A DNA stretch of 64,000 bases, taken from Acidobacteriota bacterium. Its GTDB lineage: Bacteria; Acidobacteriota; UBA890; WLXD01. The position numbers and the translations under genes are program-made. Under the pieces are notes generated by a model. That model worked only from the letters and a program-made list of their open reading frames with translations, was not told the DNA's origin and ran no database searches. Below, one piece after another: positions 31,262-41,954 of the stretch; position 1 is the first letter of the stretch, and every line of letters starts with the position of its first letter. The stretch covers positions 4,192,001 to 4,256,000 of the forward strand of contig CBDFKD010000002.1 in NCBI GenBank assembly GCA_965248695.1, in the 5' to 3' direction.

Positions 31262-32417
31262 CTACGGATCCTTACACGCACTTTCAAGCAGAGCGGCGAA
31301 GTGCTGCCCGTGGATGCGCCGGTTGCCGAGCGTGTGGCGTACGGCAACGAACGATGGGCGGAAGACCTCGTCGCTGCTCGACGTGTCGAGGTCGAGGTAT
31401 ACCCAGCCGCGGTCGAACCCCCCTGGCAACGGTAAGCCACTCTTTCCGATCTGTACCACCTGGGTTGCTGCCGGGAACGGGGACTCTGGCACCTCTAAGG
31501 CTTCTTCGGCGTCCTCGTACGCAACGATCTCGTCCTGGAGGAGCGGGTACCAGGCGTTCTCGCCGAGCTCTCCAAGCTGCCCACACTCGAACGGCTCGCT
31601 ACCAGGGTCGGTGTCACGCCAAACCACCAGCTCGGACACCGTTTTGCGGTTGACGGCGAGGTACCGAGCGCCCCAGGTCTTGCCGAGTGGCTCGCGACGG
31701 TCGGCATGGCTGCCCCTGCCGGTGTAGGTCTCGTAGAAGGTGTCTTTGTTGAGGCGCGGATCGTCGTCGGAGGCTTCCAGGGCCACCAGGGGTGTGGTCA
31801 AGCCGTACTTTTGCCGCTTGTGCACGACGCGAGACTCGCCGGTGAGTGCGTTGGAGTTAGTCGCGACCCCGGTACCGTTGTCGGCGAAATAGCCGCTGTC
31901 GCTCGGGCAGATGGCCGCGCCGTTCTCTCCGAACTCGACGCCCACGGTGTCGACCGTCATGTAGCCGCGTGCAACGCGGTCGCCGAGTGGCTGAGCCAGG
32001 CACGAGCCGTCGAAAGCATCGACCGGTTCACCGGTGAACGCTGCGACGAGGTCTGCATCGCTCAGTAAGTCGCCGCTTCCACACTTGCGGACGATGCCGC
32101 CCCCCCCCCACCCGGAAGAAGTCGCCGAGTTTGAACTCCACGTAGTCGAAGCCAGTAAGGAGCAGGTCGGCAGAGCCTACCGGCACGCCGAGATCGGTCC
32201 AAAAAGTGAACCGGGCGACAGTGGGCGCCGGGAGGTTGTTGTTGATGACAACCTCCGTCGACTCGCTCCGTTCGCCCGTGGGGTCGTCGATGTCGACCTC
32301 GAAGTAGGGCAACAGCAACGTAGCCGCCGGCACGTGGTCGAGAGCACAGATCTCGGCAATGGCGGGAACGGCCGCCACGACTGCCAGGACGGACAAGAAC
32401 AGTGCAATTCGAAGCAT
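31262..32417 (-). CDS. Secreted/surface protein of the acidobacterial 'PAATLLLPYFEVD' family; frameshift in a G10 tract at 32100-32109
   Basis: Signal peptide MLRIALFLSVLAVVAAVPAIA; 'CALDHVPAATLLLPYFEVD', 'WTDLGVP', 'LTGFD'; removing one G gives an open read GIVRKCG...ARGYMTVDTV into ORF 31262..31960. Confidence 0.75.
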
Positions 32418-32725
32418 CGACACGCTCTCCGCAGGACGGTGACGCCCTCGAGCGGTCGGCGGAAGTTCACCGCCACTGTGGGCAAGATTCCAACCGAGCC
32501 GCATACTGCCGGAGCCCGCAGCGAATGTCCAAGGTGGGTCCCGCGGTTCATGCCGCCGCTGCCGGGCATTTCTACAAGCGCATCTGTTGAACCTGAGCCG
32601 ACAGGCCGCCATCGATCACCCAGAGCTGCCCGGTGGCGTAGCGGGCTTCATCTCCGGCTAGCCAGTTGACCAGGTTGGCAATATCGTCGGGCGTTCCGAA
32701 GGGGAGAGACAGATCCGTTACCCGC

Positions 32726-34562
32726 CTAGTAAACGTCGGCGCTCAGCACATTGATCTTCTTGATCAACGCTCCACCGTTGACGTTCCAGACATGCACCTC
32801 TGGCTGACCGTCGAACGTGCGCGCCATCAGGGCCAGGTCGATGCGTCCCTTGCGCGCGAACACGACCTCGGTCGTGCGGACCTGGGCGTAGCTGCCGTCG
32901 AAGACCTGGATCCGATTACCTTGTGCCTTGCCGTCACGGCCGAACATCTGGAACCCGACGTTGCCGTCACCCAGGTGACGGGTAACGACCACGACCTCAT
33001 CGCCGGTGTCCGGGTTGCCGTCGAAGTCGCCGGCGTGCCAGCTGAGCACCTCGTACTCTTTGTCGGCGACCGTGCCGTCTCCGACACGCTTCGCCTTCTT
33101 GCGGCTCGCGTCCCAGATCTCGAATGCCGCGTCGCCGTTCGGCCGCGTGAGCCCGACGAACACGAGCTCGGTAATCGCGCCCTTCGGCCCAGGCCGTGAG
33201 CGGATCGTTCCCCAGCCATGCAGCGGATCGCCGGCGATGCTGCCGCTCTTGGACAGCTGGGCGCCATTGCCCGCGAGCACCTTGAAGAAGCCCTTGCTCT
33301 TCTTGCGGTAGCCCACCAGGAGCTCGGCGCCCGGCCGGTCGGGATCGTAGTCCCCGAGTCTCCACACCGCCCCATCGAAGCCAGTGCTCAGGATGCGCTT
33401 GTTGAAGAGCACTTCGCCGCTGCGCGGATCGACGATACGCAGCGTTGAACCCTTGCCGCTGGACCCGCTATAGGCAGCAGCCATCTCGTCGGTGCCGTCG
33501 TTGTCGGTATCCAACGGCAGCCATTGGTGAACGGCCGTCTTGGCTCCAATCACCGCGTGCTCGGCCAGTTTCTGCAGCTTCTTGCCGCTGGCCGACGTGC
33601 CCCAGACGGTGAGATGGCCGCTGCCGTTCTTGGCCACGGTGGTGATCGCGATCTCGTCGCCGCGCTTGCCGTCGTACTCCACACCGAACACCTGACTCCG
33701 CCGGGTCCCGGCGGCTCCGACCGTCTTGCGATCGCGGAGCGCACCCTTGTCGCTGCGCAGCTGCAGCTCCCTCACGCCGTTGTCCTGGCGGCCGAGCAAC
33801 AGTAGCTCGGCGTTGCGCCTGCCGTCCGTGTCCAGGGCGATCGTGCGCAGGGCAGTGAACTTCTTGCCGGAGAAGAAGTTCCACAGCCGCTTGCCGTTGC
33901 TGTTGTAGGCCTGGCTCCAGGCGCCCCGAGCCGCGCCGCCAGCCTCTATGCCGCCCAGGCCGAACACCTGGAGGTCGGCGCCGCGGAGAGCTCGCGTTCT
34001 TCCGGCCAGGTTGGCCGACGCTCGCGAGACTCCTCGCCGAGGCGCGGCTGCTGACGCCGGGGAGTCAGGGACCGACGCACCTACGGTTCCAACCCCGGCT
34101 GCCTCCCTGGGCAAAGGGAAGCCGGGCTTGCCGGAGAACGTCTCGCCGAGACCACCCTGGCCTGTGATAGCAGCCCATTGGGTTCCGTAGGACTGGTCAA
34201 AGATCAGGTTTCCTCCCTGGAAGAAAGCGAAAACAAGACCAATAACAGGGAAGCTGGTATCGGGCACCTCCGAAGCAGGCGCCTCGGAGTTGGCGCACGA
34301 GAACCCGGTGGGCGAAGACCGGCATTTGCCCGGCCATTGATTCACTTTATGGAGCTTGCCGTTGATGTCGACTCCGCCGCGCCGTACAAGGAAAACTAGA
34401 TTTCCTGGGTGCTCTCCGAGCCGGTAGGTGACGGTGCCACCCTGTTGGTTCAGTGTGTTCTTGATGATCTTGATCCAAGTGACGGTGGGTCGCACTACCC
34501 AGGGGTCGGGGGCGGCGCCGGTGACAGTGACAGTTATTTCGCGCTCGCACTCGCCGTCGCAG
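32726..34562 (-). pseudogene. 5'-truncated extracellular protein: BACON-like Ig domain plus FG-GAP-like propeller
   Basis: 'PWVVRPTVTWIKI...GTVTYRL...RRGGVDING...VNQ' BACON-like; 'DTDNDGTDE', 'GDFDGNPDTGDEVV', 'GDYDPDRPGAELLVG' repeats; ORF ATG (34588) lies inside the IS3 end. Confidence 0.65.
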
Positions 34563-35822
34563 TGACCTGACCCCGCGGTTAGTACCATGTCTTATCTCAG
34601 TAACTCGGTGCTGACAAGAGGTTGTTGAGGCCGGCGAAGCGGAGCGCAGCCGGCTTCAACAACGTCGCTTCGGGTGCGGGCGGCCGATAGCTCAGCGAGC
34701 TGTGCGGTCGCATGCGGTTGTAGTGCTGACGCCATCTCTCGATCAGAACCTTTGCCTCCTTGAGCGTGTAGAAGATCTCTCCATCCAGCAGCTCGTCGCG
34801 TAGCTTGCCGTTGAAGCTCTCCACGTAACCGTTCTCCCACGGCGAGCCCGGCTCGATGAACAGCGTCCCCACGCCCAACCGGCCCAGCCAGTCGCGAACC
34901 GCCTCGGCGGTGAACTCTGGTCCGTTATCCGACCGGATGTGCTCAGGTATGCCCCGGTGTACGAACAACCTCCCGAGCTGCTCCAGCACGTCCTCAGAGT
35001 TGAGCTTCCGTGCTACATGGATCGCCAGGCTTTCTCGTGTGTACTCATCGACGATCGTCAGCAGCCTCATAGCCCGACCGTCGTGCGTCCGGTGGTGCAG
35101 GAAGTCATACGCCCAGACATGATCCCGGTGCTGTGGGCGCAGCCGGATGCAGGAGCCATCGCTCAGCCACAGCCGTGCTCGTTTGGGCTGTTTTCTCGGT
35201 ACTTTCAGCCCTTCGCGCCGCCAGATACGCTGCACTCGTTTGTGGTTCACGGACCAGCCCTCCATGCGCAGCAACGCTGTCACCCTCCGATATCCGTAGC
35301 GCCCGTACTGTCGGGCTAAATCCACGATCCGCTCCGTCAAAATCTGCTCCTGTTGCGGCTCTCTTGGCACGTACCGGTGTGTCGTGCGTGGTTGTTTCAG
35401 TACCCGACACGCCCGCCTCTCCGAGACGCCCAGCCGCCCCCGTACATGTGCCACCGCCTCTCGCCGCCGAGCTGGGCTCAGAAGTTTCCCTCCGCCACTT
35501 CCTTCAGGATCGACAGGTCGAGTTCCTTTTCCGCCACCAGCCTCTTGAGCCGGGCATTCTCCTTCTCCAGTTGCTTGAGCTTTCTGGCCTGGTTGAGCTT
35601 CAGTCCGCCGTACTCTCGCCGCCACCGGTAGTAGGTGTGCTCGGTGATTGCTAGCTTGCGGCAGGCATCCTTGACCGTCGCCCCTCGAGCCAGCTCCACC
35701 TCAGCCTCCCGGAGCTTGCGTACGATCTGCTCGGCGCTGTGCCTCTTACTCGGCATTCTGACCTCCCGTTCTTGACCCAGATCGTGAGATTACATCCGGA
35801 TCCGTTTTCGGGGGTCAGGTCA
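34563..35822 (-). mobile_element. IS3-family insertion sequence, 1260 bp
   Basis: TG...CA ends with 12-bp perfect inverted repeat TGACCTGACCCC; orfA/orfB arrangement. Confidence 0.95.
34597..35756 (-). CDS. IS3 transposase OrfAB (orfA 35478..35756; orfB to 34597; probable -1 frameshift at GGGAAAC)
   Basis: orfA HTH 'HSAEQIVRKL...TYYRWRREYGG'; orfB DDE 'WAYDF', 'SDNGPEF', 'ENGYVESFNGKLRDE', 'YN..RPHSSL'. Confidence 0.95.
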
Positions 35823-36036
35823 GAGGAGGATCGACGGCGCAGACCGCTATGTGGTTCGCGTCTGGGACAGCGACGGCCACCTGCTCTCGGAACGCACGCT
35901 CACGGAGCGAACCATCTCGCTCGAGATGTTTGTCGGTACTGAATCGGAGCGTGTCTACTGGGTGGTAGACGCTTGGGCCGGCCATGCGAGGGTCGGTCGG
36001 TCGGGCATGGGGGAAACGGAAGTGAACCATCGTTAG
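35823..36036 (+). pseudogene. 3' remnant of a gene truncated by IS3 (Ig/Fn3-like C-terminus of the type often upstream of CHAT genes)
   Basis: Reading frame RRIDGADRYVVRVWDSDGHLL...VYWVVDAW...* starts at the IS boundary with no native start. Confidence 0.5.
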
Positions 36037-36100
36037 CCGCCATCGACCGTCCACCGCGGGCCATGCTTGCCTCGGGGCTGCTCTGGTCTGTGTTGCAGCG

Positions 36101-38806
36101 TTGTCGGATGGCGGGAGCGCGTCTGGCGAGCTTCCTGTGCTGTGGGACAGCGCCCTTCCGACGCTCCCGGGCGGCGCAGCTCTTGCGGAGGCCGCCGGGG
36201 CGCGATTGAAGGGGCAGTCACGGCGGGCGTTGGTCAAGTACGCCCACACGATGAACAAGCAACCCTGGAACCTGCAAGCGGGGCTCGGCTACGCGGCGAC
36301 GGCTCTGGAGGTCGGCGTTTGGGTGGAGGCTCATCAGGTTGCTCTTGCTATGAACAGGCGACGCTCAGGCGCCGCCATATGGGCAGCGTTGGCGGAGCTT
36401 TCGGTCGATCTCGTCGGGTCGAAGGGGACATGGAAGCGTCCGTCTACTACGGTTTCGCTAGGGCCCGCAGGCAATCATGCCGCGGTGTTGACGGTCGTGG
36501 CGGCCCTCCGTTGGGGCTCGACCGGTGTGCTCGGGGAGCTCGGAAACCTCGGCGGTGCACCGCGCGGATCTCTCGATCTTGGCTACCCAGAGCAGCATGC
36601 ACATGTCTATCGGCTAGTTCGACTGATATCGGCCGTAGCTTCGCGGCGTGGCGCCCGGTTGGCGTGGCAGGCCATGCGGGAGGCTCTGGCCTCTGGAGCG
36701 GTCGCAGAGGTGGCCGACTACCTGGCAGTGCTTGCGGCCACAGACTTCGCGCAGGGTTCGTCGCAGCGCGCATTGGTGTTCGGTCGTGAGGCGAGGCGGC
36801 GGTCCATAGTCGCGGGCGACAGGCGCGGCGTGTACGTGAGCCTCGCCCAAGCATCCGACGCCTCCGTCGATCGGACGGAATTCCCTCCGGTCTGTTCGGC
36901 GCTCGAGGGGACGTCGGCTCTATTGACCGTCGATTGCCGATTGCAGCTGCTGGCCTCGCGCTGGGGCGACGGCCAACTAGAGCCGGCACTCAATGCCTAC
37001 GAGCAACTCGTGGGGGACGCTCGGCAAGAGGGCTCCCCGATATTGGCAGCCCGGTTTGCGGAGGTAGCGGTACCGCTCCTCCGTTTCCTCGGGCGTTGGT
37101 CGGAGCTGGAGGAGGTGCTGGACCGGGGTACCCGAGCTGCGAAGCTGCTGGGGCGCCATGAGGTTGCGACTCGTCTGGAGCTCAGCAAGGTATCGGCGCT
37201 GCGCGCGTCCGGCAGGGGATCTGAGGCTGCGAAGCTTCTGGACGCAGTGGATGAGCGTGGGAGCCCGTCAGCGGAGCTCGAAACACGTATCTGGCTCGAA
37301 CGGGCCAGACTCGCTGCTACGTCCGTTCGGCGTACTGACGTAGTGGGGCACCTGCTGCAGGCGCGAGCCAGAGCAGCAACAGCTTCTGATTCGGCACGGG
37401 CGCTGGTCGCGCTTACGAGCCTGGAGATCGCCGGAGCTGATCAAGTTGAGTGGGATCTTGAGTCGCTGAACCTCGGCTCGAGTTCACCGCTGAGCGGCGC
37501 CCCGTCAGCTTTGGCGCAGTCGGCCATCGATGCTGTGGTGTCGGAGAACCTCGGGAATACGGAGCTGGCCCGCCACGCCTACGACCGGGCGGAGGCCGCG
37601 CTCGCGACATGGATCTCGCACGTGAACGACCTGCCCACTCGGCTGAGCGCGTTGGCGGCCTGGGAAGGCCTTGGCCGGCGCCGGGCGCGTCTCGAACTCG
37701 ACGCCGGAATGTGGGCCGCGGGACTGGAGGCCCTCGATCGGTCGCGGAGTAGCCTTCGCGACGAGCAACCGGTCCGACTAGCTCATCTCCAAACGCACTT
37801 GTCAGACGACGAGGCCTTGTTGGCATTCCGGTTCTTGGGCGACGAAGTGTGGGCGTGGCGAGTGGGGCCGACGGACGTGCGCGCCTCGCGCCTCTCCGCC
37901 CCGAGCGTAGAAGTTCATGATGCGGCGGAGCTTTGGATTGAGAGCGTGAGCACTGCTCGCCCGAATCAGGCTTGGCAACGACTGGGGTCGCGACTTGCTC
38001 AGTTGACGATGCACCAAATCGAGGCTGCCGGGTGGCTGGATGGATTGCAGACGTTGATTGTCCTGCCGGGCGGAGGATTGGAATCACTGCCGTTGGACTC
38101 GCTGCCAGTGCGCTCGCCGGGCGAGGGCTTCTACGGAGATCGGATCGTATTCGCCCGCTCGCGATCGATCTCCGACCTTGATCGCGCCATGCACCGGAAG
38201 CCGCGCGGAGGACTGGCCGTGGCGTTCATTCCGAGCGGCGGAGGGGCAATCATACCCGAGGTTGAGGGTGTTCTGTCGCGCGGCTCGAGTCGCGCCTTTG
38301 TCGGCGCCGACGCTACCGAATCAGCTTTTGTGGTCCACGCCCCAATGAGTCGTTTGATTCATTTCGGTGGCCACTCGGTGCCGCCCAACGGAGGAGCGGA
38401 TGCCGGCGGCCTGTCCTTGCGCGCCTCTGCCTCGCACAACGGTTTCTTGAGTTTCGCCGAGATTGCCGCATTGAATCTGGACGGCGCAACGGTGGTGCTT
38501 CTTGGCTGTGATACCGCGCGCACCACGGCTGTCGGTACGGCCGGACGCGGAGGGCTGCCGACGAGCCTTGCCGATGCCTTCATGGTTGCCGGGAGTCGCA
38601 ATGTCGTCGGTAGCCTCTGGCCTCTGAACGAGAGAACGGCCGGGGAGCTCGGGAAGTTGTTCTACTCAGCGGGAGGGCCGGAATCCGGCGCGGCCAGTTT
38701 GGCAACTGCCAAGCGGATGTTGCGCAAGCGGCACCCCGACGAGCCTTTCCGCTGGGCGGGTGCCGTTTGGCAAGGTGCACCTGGAGGAGCAGAGCAGGCT
38801 TACTGA
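36101..38806 (+). CDS. CHAT (caspase HetF-associated) domain protein with helical/TPR-like N-terminus
   Basis: 'LIVLPGGGLESLPLD', catalytic 'IHFGGH' and 'VLLGCDT', 'SLADAFMVAGSRNVVGSLW', 'PFRWAG'; start uncertain. Confidence 0.85.
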   Translation: MSDGGSASGELPVLWDSALPTLPGGAALAEAAGARLKGQSRRALVKYAHTMNKQPWNLQAGLGYAATALEVGVWVEAHQVALAMNRRRSGAAIWAALAELSVDLVGSKGTWKRPSTTVSLGPAGNHAAVLTVVAALRWGSTGVLGELGNLGGAPRGSLDLGYPEQHAHVYRLVRLISAVASRRGARLAWQAMREALASGAVAEVADYLAVLAATDFAQGSSQRALVFGREARRRSIVAGDRRGVYVSLAQASDASVDRTEFPPVCSALEGTSALLTVDCRLQLLASRWGDGQLEPALNAYEQLVGDARQEGSPILAARFAEVAVPLLRFLGRWSELEEVLDRGTRAAKLLGRHEVATRLELSKVSALRASGRGSEAAKLLDAVDERGSPSAELETRIWLERARLAATSVRRTDVVGHLLQARARAATASDSARALVALTSLEIAGADQVEWDLESLNLGSSSPLSGAPSALAQSAIDAVVSENLGNTELARHAYDRAEAALATWISHVNDLPTRLSALAAWEGLGRRRARLELDAGMWAAGLEALDRSRSSLRDEQPVRLAHLQTHLSDDEALLAFRFLGDEVWAWRVGPTDVRASRLSAPSVEVHDAAELWIESVSTARPNQAWQRLGSRLAQLTMHQIEAAGWLDGLQTLIVLPGGGLESLPLDSLPVRSPGEGFYGDRIVFARSRSISDLDRAMHRKPRGGLAVAFIPSGGGAIIPEVEGVLSRGSSRAFVGADATESAFVVHAPMSRLIHFGGHSVPPNGGADAGGLSLRASASHNGFLSFAEIAALNLDGATVVLLGCDTARTTAVGTAGRGGLPTSLADAFMVAGSRNVVGSLWPLNERTAGELGKLFYSAGGPESGAASLATAKRMLRKRHPDEPFRWAGAVWQGAPGGAEQAY

Positions 38807-38955
38807 TAGGGTGGCCACACACTGGATCCTGGCCCGCAGGGCTCTTTCTTTACAACTCTTTACACCCCCCAACTTGTGCCCCCACCGCGCCACCAGGCAC
38901 GCTATTCTCGTCGGCGTAGACTCTCCTGGCGCGCGATCTTCCTTCTTCGAGGTGG

Positions 38956-40737
38956 GTGGTGAAGACTGTCATCAAGCTACTGAAGCGGTTGGTCACTCTG
39001 GCCATCGTGGTCGGGGCCGGCTACTTCGGCTGGATGTACTGGCAGGAGCGCCAGGCTGCCGAGGAGGAGGAGGGCCTGGGCGAGGTTCCCACTCAAGCGG
39101 CATCGGTGCGTGACATCACGGTGAGCGTGTCGGCCACCGGCACGTTGCGGCCGGTGCGCATCGTGCAGGTGAAGAGCAAGGCCGCCGGCGAGATCCTCAA
39201 CATGCCGGCCGAGCTCGGTGATCGAGTGGAATCCGGGGCGCTGATCGCTCAGATCGACACCGAGACGCTGGACCAGGAGCTGGCGCAGGCGCAGGCGGAC
39301 CTGGAGTCGGCGCAGGTGCGGCTGGATGTTTCAGAGCGCCAGTACAATCGCGCCCAGGCCCTGTCGGAGCAGGATTTGGTGTCGATGCAAGACCTCGACA
39401 CGTCGGAGCAGAACTACACCACCGCCAAGGGCAGCCTGTTGCGCGCCCAGGCGGAGATCAAGCTGCGTGAGGAGCGCCTCGACGACGCCACGGTGCGCGC
39501 CCCCAGCGCCGGCACGATCATCTCCAAGACGGTCGAGGAGGGGGTGATTATCCAGTCGTCGGTCAACAGCGTGCAGGGCGGTACGACGCTGGTGGAAATG
39601 GCCGATCTTACGGTGCTCGAGGTGCGCACGCTGGTCGACGAGATCGACATCGGTCGGGTGAAGCCGGGGCTTCCGGTGGAGATGACGGTGGAAGCGTATC
39701 CGGAGCGCGCATTCATCGGCGAGGTGATCAAGATCGAGCCGCTGGCGGTGGTGCAGAACCAGGTGACGACGTTCCCGGTTCTGTCGCGGGTTGCCAACCG
39801 CGACGGCCTCCTGTTGCCCGGCATGAACGCTGATGTAGAGGTCGTGATCCACCGACGCAACCAGGTGATCGCGGTGCCCAACGAGTCGGTGAAGACGATG
39901 CGCGACGCCGGCACGGTGGCCGGCTTGCTGAGCATTCCGTTCGATGCCGATCAGCTGCGCTCCGGCAACACGATGCTGGCCTCGCGCGAAGGCGGCGCAC
40001 CGGCTCGTGGCGGATTGGCGAACGCCGCATTCGCCGATGAGGCAAGGCCGGGTGAGGGCGGTCGCCGGAGAGCACGGAGCGGCGACGCCGCTCGGAGAGG
40101 CGCACCAGCCGCCGGAGCGGACGGGGCGATGGCGTCGAACGATGCGCCAGCGGCTGACGTCGGTGGCTCCGATGGCTCCGACGAGGCGGAAGCCGAGGAA
40201 GAGGACTTCGACTTCGACAAGATGCGCTCGATGAGCCAGGACGAGCGTCAAAAGTACATGGAGGGTCTCTCCGACAAGCAGCGCTCCCAGATGCGCGAGC
40301 AGATGCAGGCGCGCTTCGGCAACCGCGGCGGCGGCGGTGCCCCCGGCGCGACTGGTGGTGCCGGTGGAGGGGCTGGTGGCGGCTTCCGTCCCGGTGGTGG
40401 TGGTAGCGATGCAGGCCGTGGTGGCTTTCGTCCCGGCGGTGGTGATGCTGGCGGCGGCGCACGCGGCGGCCGGGCCGGCAATGCCGTGTCGATGGATGCC
40501 TTCGGCATCGGGCGTGCTCCCGAGCCGGCGGTGGTGTTCGTAATGGCCGACAGCCAGATAACCGCGCGCCAGGTGATGATGGGGGTGCAGGACTGGGAGT
40601 TCACCGAGATCGTCTCCGGGTTGCAGCCTGGCGACGAGGTGGTGCTGTTGCCCTCCACCTCCCTGCTGATGTCGCAACAGGCGCTGCGCGATCGCTTCTC
40701 GCGCTTCAGCTCGATCCCCGGAACGAGTCGCCGCTAG
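38956..40737 (+). CDS. MacA-like periplasmic adaptor (efflux MFP) with Gly-rich insertion
   Basis: N-term TM; 'VSATGTLRP...VKSKAAG', 'VRAPSAGTI', 'VDEIDIGRVKPG', 'LLPGMNADV', 'EIVSGLQPGDEVV'. Confidence 0.92.
   Translation: MVKTVIKLLKRLVTLAIVVGAGYFGWMYWQERQAAEEEEGLGEVPTQAASVRDITVSVSATGTLRPVRIVQVKSKAAGEILNMPAELGDRVESGALIAQIDTETLDQELAQAQADLESAQVRLDVSERQYNRAQALSEQDLVSMQDLDTSEQNYTTAKGSLLRAQAEIKLREERLDDATVRAPSAGTIISKTVEEGVIIQSSVNSVQGGTTLVEMADLTVLEVRTLVDEIDIGRVKPGLPVEMTVEAYPERAFIGEVIKIEPLAVVQNQVTTFPVLSRVANRDGLLLPGMNADVEVVIHRRNQVIAVPNESVKTMRDAGTVAGLLSIPFDADQLRSGNTMLASREGGAPARGGLANAAFADEARPGEGGRRRARSGDAARRGAPAAGADGAMASNDAPAADVGGSDGSDEAEAEEEDFDFDKMRSMSQDERQKYMEGLSDKQRSQMREQMQARFGNRGGGGAPGATGGAGGGAGGGFRPGGGGSDAGRGGFRPGGGDAGGGARGGRAGNAVSMDAFGIGRAPEPAVVFVMADSQITARQVMMGVQDWEFTEIVSGLQPGDEVVLLPSTSLLMSQQALRDRFSRFSSIPGTSRR
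40375..40452 (+). repeat. Two imperfect tandem copies encoding GGFRPGGG(G/S)DAG
   Basis: ggcggcttccgtcccggtggtggt...gatgcaggc / ggtggctttcgtcccggcggtggtgatgctggc. Confidence 0.7.
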
Positions 40738-40742
40738 CCGCC

Positions 40743-41954
40743 ATGCTCGGCTTCGAGATCATGTTGGTGGCGCTCACCTCGCTGCGTGCCAACTTGCTGC
40801 GATCGATGCTCACCATGCTGGGGGTGATCATCGGCGTGGCGGCGGTGATCACCATGGTGGCGCTGGGTGAGGGGGCGCAGGCATCGGTGCAGGATCAGCT
40901 CGCCGGCCTCGGTGCCAACCGCCTGACGGTACGCGCCGGTGCCGACTTCCGGCGCGGCGGATCGCATCGCGGTGCGCAGATGAAGGTCGAAGACGTCTAT
41001 GCGGTGCTCGAGAAGGCCACGTTGATCGAAGCGGTGGTGCCGACGCTGTCGCGCCAGAACGTGCAGGTCGAGTGGCAGAACTCACAGGGCACCAGCTCGA
41101 TCACCGGTACCTGGGCCGACTACCTGCGCATGGAGAACTGGCCCCTGGCCTCCGGACGTTTCTTCACCCCCACCGAACAGGAGGGCCACCGCAGGGTGGC
41201 GGTGCTGGGCTCCGACGCGGCCACCAACATATTCCCCTCCAACGTCGACCCGATAGGCGAGGAGCTGCGCATCCAGAGCATCGCCTTCGAGGTGATCGGG
41301 GTGATGGAGGAGAAGGGCGGCAGCTCGTTCTTCTCGCGCGACAACGTCATCATCATTCCCATGTCGACCGCCCAGCGGCGCCTGTTCGGCACCGAGCTCA
41401 TCAGCTCGATGACGGTCGAGGCGCTGTCTGAAGGGCACCTGACGATGGCGATGGCGGAGATCGAGAGCATCCTGCGCCGGCAGCACCGGCTGCGCCCGGG
41501 CGCCGACAACGACTTCTCGATCACGCGTCAGACCGAGTTTCTCAACGTCATGCAGTCGGCCACCCAGAGCTTCACCTTCCTGCTGGCCGGCATTGCCGGG
41601 GTGAGCCTGATCGTTGGCGGCATCGGCATCATGAACATCATGCTGGTGTCGGTGACAGAGCGCACTCGCGAGATCGGCATCCGCAAGGCCATCGGCGCGC
41701 GCCGCAACAGCATCCAGCTGCAGTTCCTCATCGAGGCGGTCGTGCTGTCATGTCTGGGCGGCGCGATGGGCATCGCCCTGGGCTACTTCGCCTCGCAGCG
41801 CATGGCCGAGTCGGCCGGTTGGCAGATGCTGGTGTCGGCCAACTCGGTGGGCCTGGCCTTCGGGTTCTCCGCCCTCATCGGCATCGTGTTCGGGTTCTAC
41901 CCGGCGCGCCGGGCCTCGAGGCTCGATCCGATCGAGGCGCTGCGCTACGACTGA
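40743..41954 (+). CDS. MacB-like ABC transporter permease
   Basis: 'RSMLTMLGVIIGVAAVI', 'GGIGIMNIMLVSVTERTREIGIRKAIGA', 'PARRASRLDPIEALRYD'. Confidence 0.95.
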   Translation: MLGFEIMLVALTSLRANLLRSMLTMLGVIIGVAAVITMVALGEGAQASVQDQLAGLGANRLTVRAGADFRRGGSHRGAQMKVEDVYAVLEKATLIEAVVPTLSRQNVQVEWQNSQGTSSITGTWADYLRMENWPLASGRFFTPTEQEGHRRVAVLGSDAATNIFPSNVDPIGEELRIQSIAFEVIGVMEEKGGSSFFSRDNVIIIPMSTAQRRLFGTELISSMTVEALSEGHLTMAMAEIESILRRQHRLRPGADNDFSITRQTEFLNVMQSATQSFTFLLAGIAGVSLIVGGIGIMNIMLVSVTERTREIGIRKAIGARRNSIQLQFLIEAVVLSCLGGAMGIALGYFASQRMAESAGWQMLVSANSVGLAFGFSALIGIVFGFYPARRASRLDPIEALRYD

